The position numbers and the translations under genes were made by a program. A stretch of 64,000 bases of DNA, taken from positions 496,001 to 560,000 of the forward strand of contig NC_092673.1 in the NCBI RefSeq assembly GCF_964355755.1, read 5' to 3'. This document shows positions 62,401 through 64,000 of the stretch, piece after piece. Every line of letters begins with the position of its first letter. Position 1 is the stretch's first letter. The notes under the pieces are model-generated. The model worked only from the letters and a program-made list of their open reading frames with translations, ran no database searches and was not told the DNA's origin. Source of the DNA: Antedon mediterranea. Its lineage: Eukaryota > Animalia > Echinodermata.

Positions 62401-63416
62401 TTTCCCGTCATTCTAAATGAGTTTGCGTTACCATCAATTATGATGAAATATTGTTTAAGAGTGGTAACGCTAGATGCGGCGGGAGAAGTTTATTAAAAAT
62501 CTCAACGTTCATCGATTAAGCAGCGAATTCAATAGATGAATACACTGCAACCTGGCGCTGGTGTTTACATAGGCGACTCAAAATATTCGCAATATACACG
62601 TCCTTTGTGAATAATTCTATCTGATTAGCAGGCACACAGGTGGTAAGAAGTAGCGTCGGTATATCCGGATGTACAACGAAATTACGCTGTTCAGATTACT
62701 AACAGAGGCGTTAATATTAACGTATAATCGAAACATGTTCGCGATTGTAACGGTGATGTGAGGTGATAATACCATTTTTCATTACGTTATCGATGTTAAT
62801 ACAGTTATACTACACGTTATCGATTAATAATATTATATATTATATAGGTCTACAGTTGGGAAAAAAAACCCCGCCTTATCTGGAATTTATTGTAATTCAT
62901 ATTCGTGGATTGTGAAAGAAGAATAATATCGCCTGGGATATGAAATTTGAACGTGTTGTTAATATTAGGAAGAGCGTTAAGTAGCCGGGTGGTGAGCTGG
63001 TTGGCGTTTTGTACGAGCCAGGTGTGAGGTTAATTTGAGCGGGCTGAATAAATAAAAGCGGCTGGGAGAAGCGTAGCTGTGAAACACGATCGACAAGGCA
63101 ACAGTTATCATGCATATACCGATTTTAATTTGAAATTGTAATTTGTGTGCGCTGCTAAGCCTTCGATAACAATCGTTTAATCAACTAGAGAGAAACAGAT
63201 CTTCGCATGCCGTTTGTATTCATCGTCTATGCATGCAATTCAATCGAGCTTGACTATTGAACATCTGGGCGCATTCAAAGACAATATCGCTCAAGCGTAG
63301 CAACTTAACCACAAACACTTTACACTCAACAGAATAATACGAATTCTCTCCTTGACTCTGTAGAACAAAGCGCTATTTTGATTTCTCGTTCGATATAAAT
63401 ACCCCTTGTACCACCC

Positions 63417-64000
63417 ATGAACGGAACAGAGACAGAGTCAACCCGTGATCATGTGGCAAGCGATGAGTGGGTTGAAACGGGATGGGAAAATTCACCGGAC
63501 GAGATGAATTTGCCTAGGCCGATGAAATCTGGATCAAGCAGGAAAAATAAACGGAAGCAGAGAGAGCCTAAACGAATTAACACCTCGGATTCCGACAAGC
63601 CAGTCATAGAAGATACAGCAGACCATATCGTGTCACAAGGACCATGCTCCGCCGACGAAGCAGACTCTGACAATGAACTTAGTTTAAATACTTCGATGGC
63701 TTCTTCTATCGAGACGCATACACCGATACAGGGGAACCCTTTTCCCAGCCCGAGTCCAAGTCCAACTGAACTACAACAACATTCTCCTATTGATTACTCG
63801 TTTAGTGCTGGAGAAGATACACCCGTAAAGACACCCAGGAAAAAACACACTCGTTCTTATAAAAATTTAAGTCGTTCGAGACGAATCGTCGCCAACGCAC
63901 GTGAACGAAACCGTGTACACACGATCAGTGCGGCGTTCGAAGGACTGCGCAGAGCCGTACCGTCGTATTCTCATAACCAAAAACTGTCGAAATTGGCCAT
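63417..64000 (+). CDS. ATOH8: Atonal-family bHLH transcription factor ATOH8/Net, 5' part (truncated by window end)
   Basis: Open frame from the ATG at 63417 to the window end, absent from the ORF track presumably because it reaches no stop. It ends [49 protein letters not shown]; RVHTISAAF is the ATOH8/Net signature. The N-terminal KRKQREPKR basic motif also resembles ATOH8. Confidence 0.93.
   Translation, partial: MNGTETESTRDHVASDEWVETGWENSPDEMNLPRPMKSGSSRKNKRKQREPKRINTSDSDKPVIEDTADHIVSQGPCSADEADSDNELSLNTSMASSIETHTPIQGNPFPSPSPSPTELQQHSPIDYSFSAGEDTPVKTPRKKHTRSYKNLSRSRRIVANARERNRVHTISAAFEGLRRAVPSYSHNQKLSKLA

Noticed and set aside
63449-63673. Minus-strand 74-aa ORF
   Set aside because: Antisense shadow of the ATOH8 coding exon.

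Overview
AT-rich, intron-containing eukaryotic (animal) genomic DNA; the protein sequences suggest an invertebrate, possibly a deuterostome (inference only). The six-frame ORF track is mostly noise or single exons. Reading GT-AG junctions by hand gives four protein genes with phase-consistent splicing: (1) 22901-28358 (+), 8 exons, 979 aa, a divergent MIF4G-domain protein with a PAIP1-like layout and Trp-motif arrays; (2) EXOC6/Sec15, 45472-31099 (-), 18 exons, 800 aa; (3) KANSL3, 48357-55600 (+), 12 coding exons, 1079 aa; (4) the 5' part of an ATOH8/Net bHLH gene, 63417 to the window end (+). The first ~20 kb has no convincing coding exon. It is CpG-poor and carries a few strong minus-strand non-coding exon candidates, so it is probably the 5' introns of a gene lying to the left. 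Introns and intergenic DNA contain Harbinger-type MITEs, two Helentron-type (HINE/DINE-1-like) elements, tRNA-derived SINEs and many minisatellites. The most unusual observations are a 38-bp minisatellite that multiplies the end and splice donor of EXOC6 exon 10 seven times, the divergent MIF4G/Trp-repeat protein, a 97-bp hairpin array between the head-to-head EXOC6 and KANSL3 promoters, and an apparent excess of TA-(N3-4)-TA words that resemble transposon excision footprints. No prokaryotic system or CRISPR array is present.
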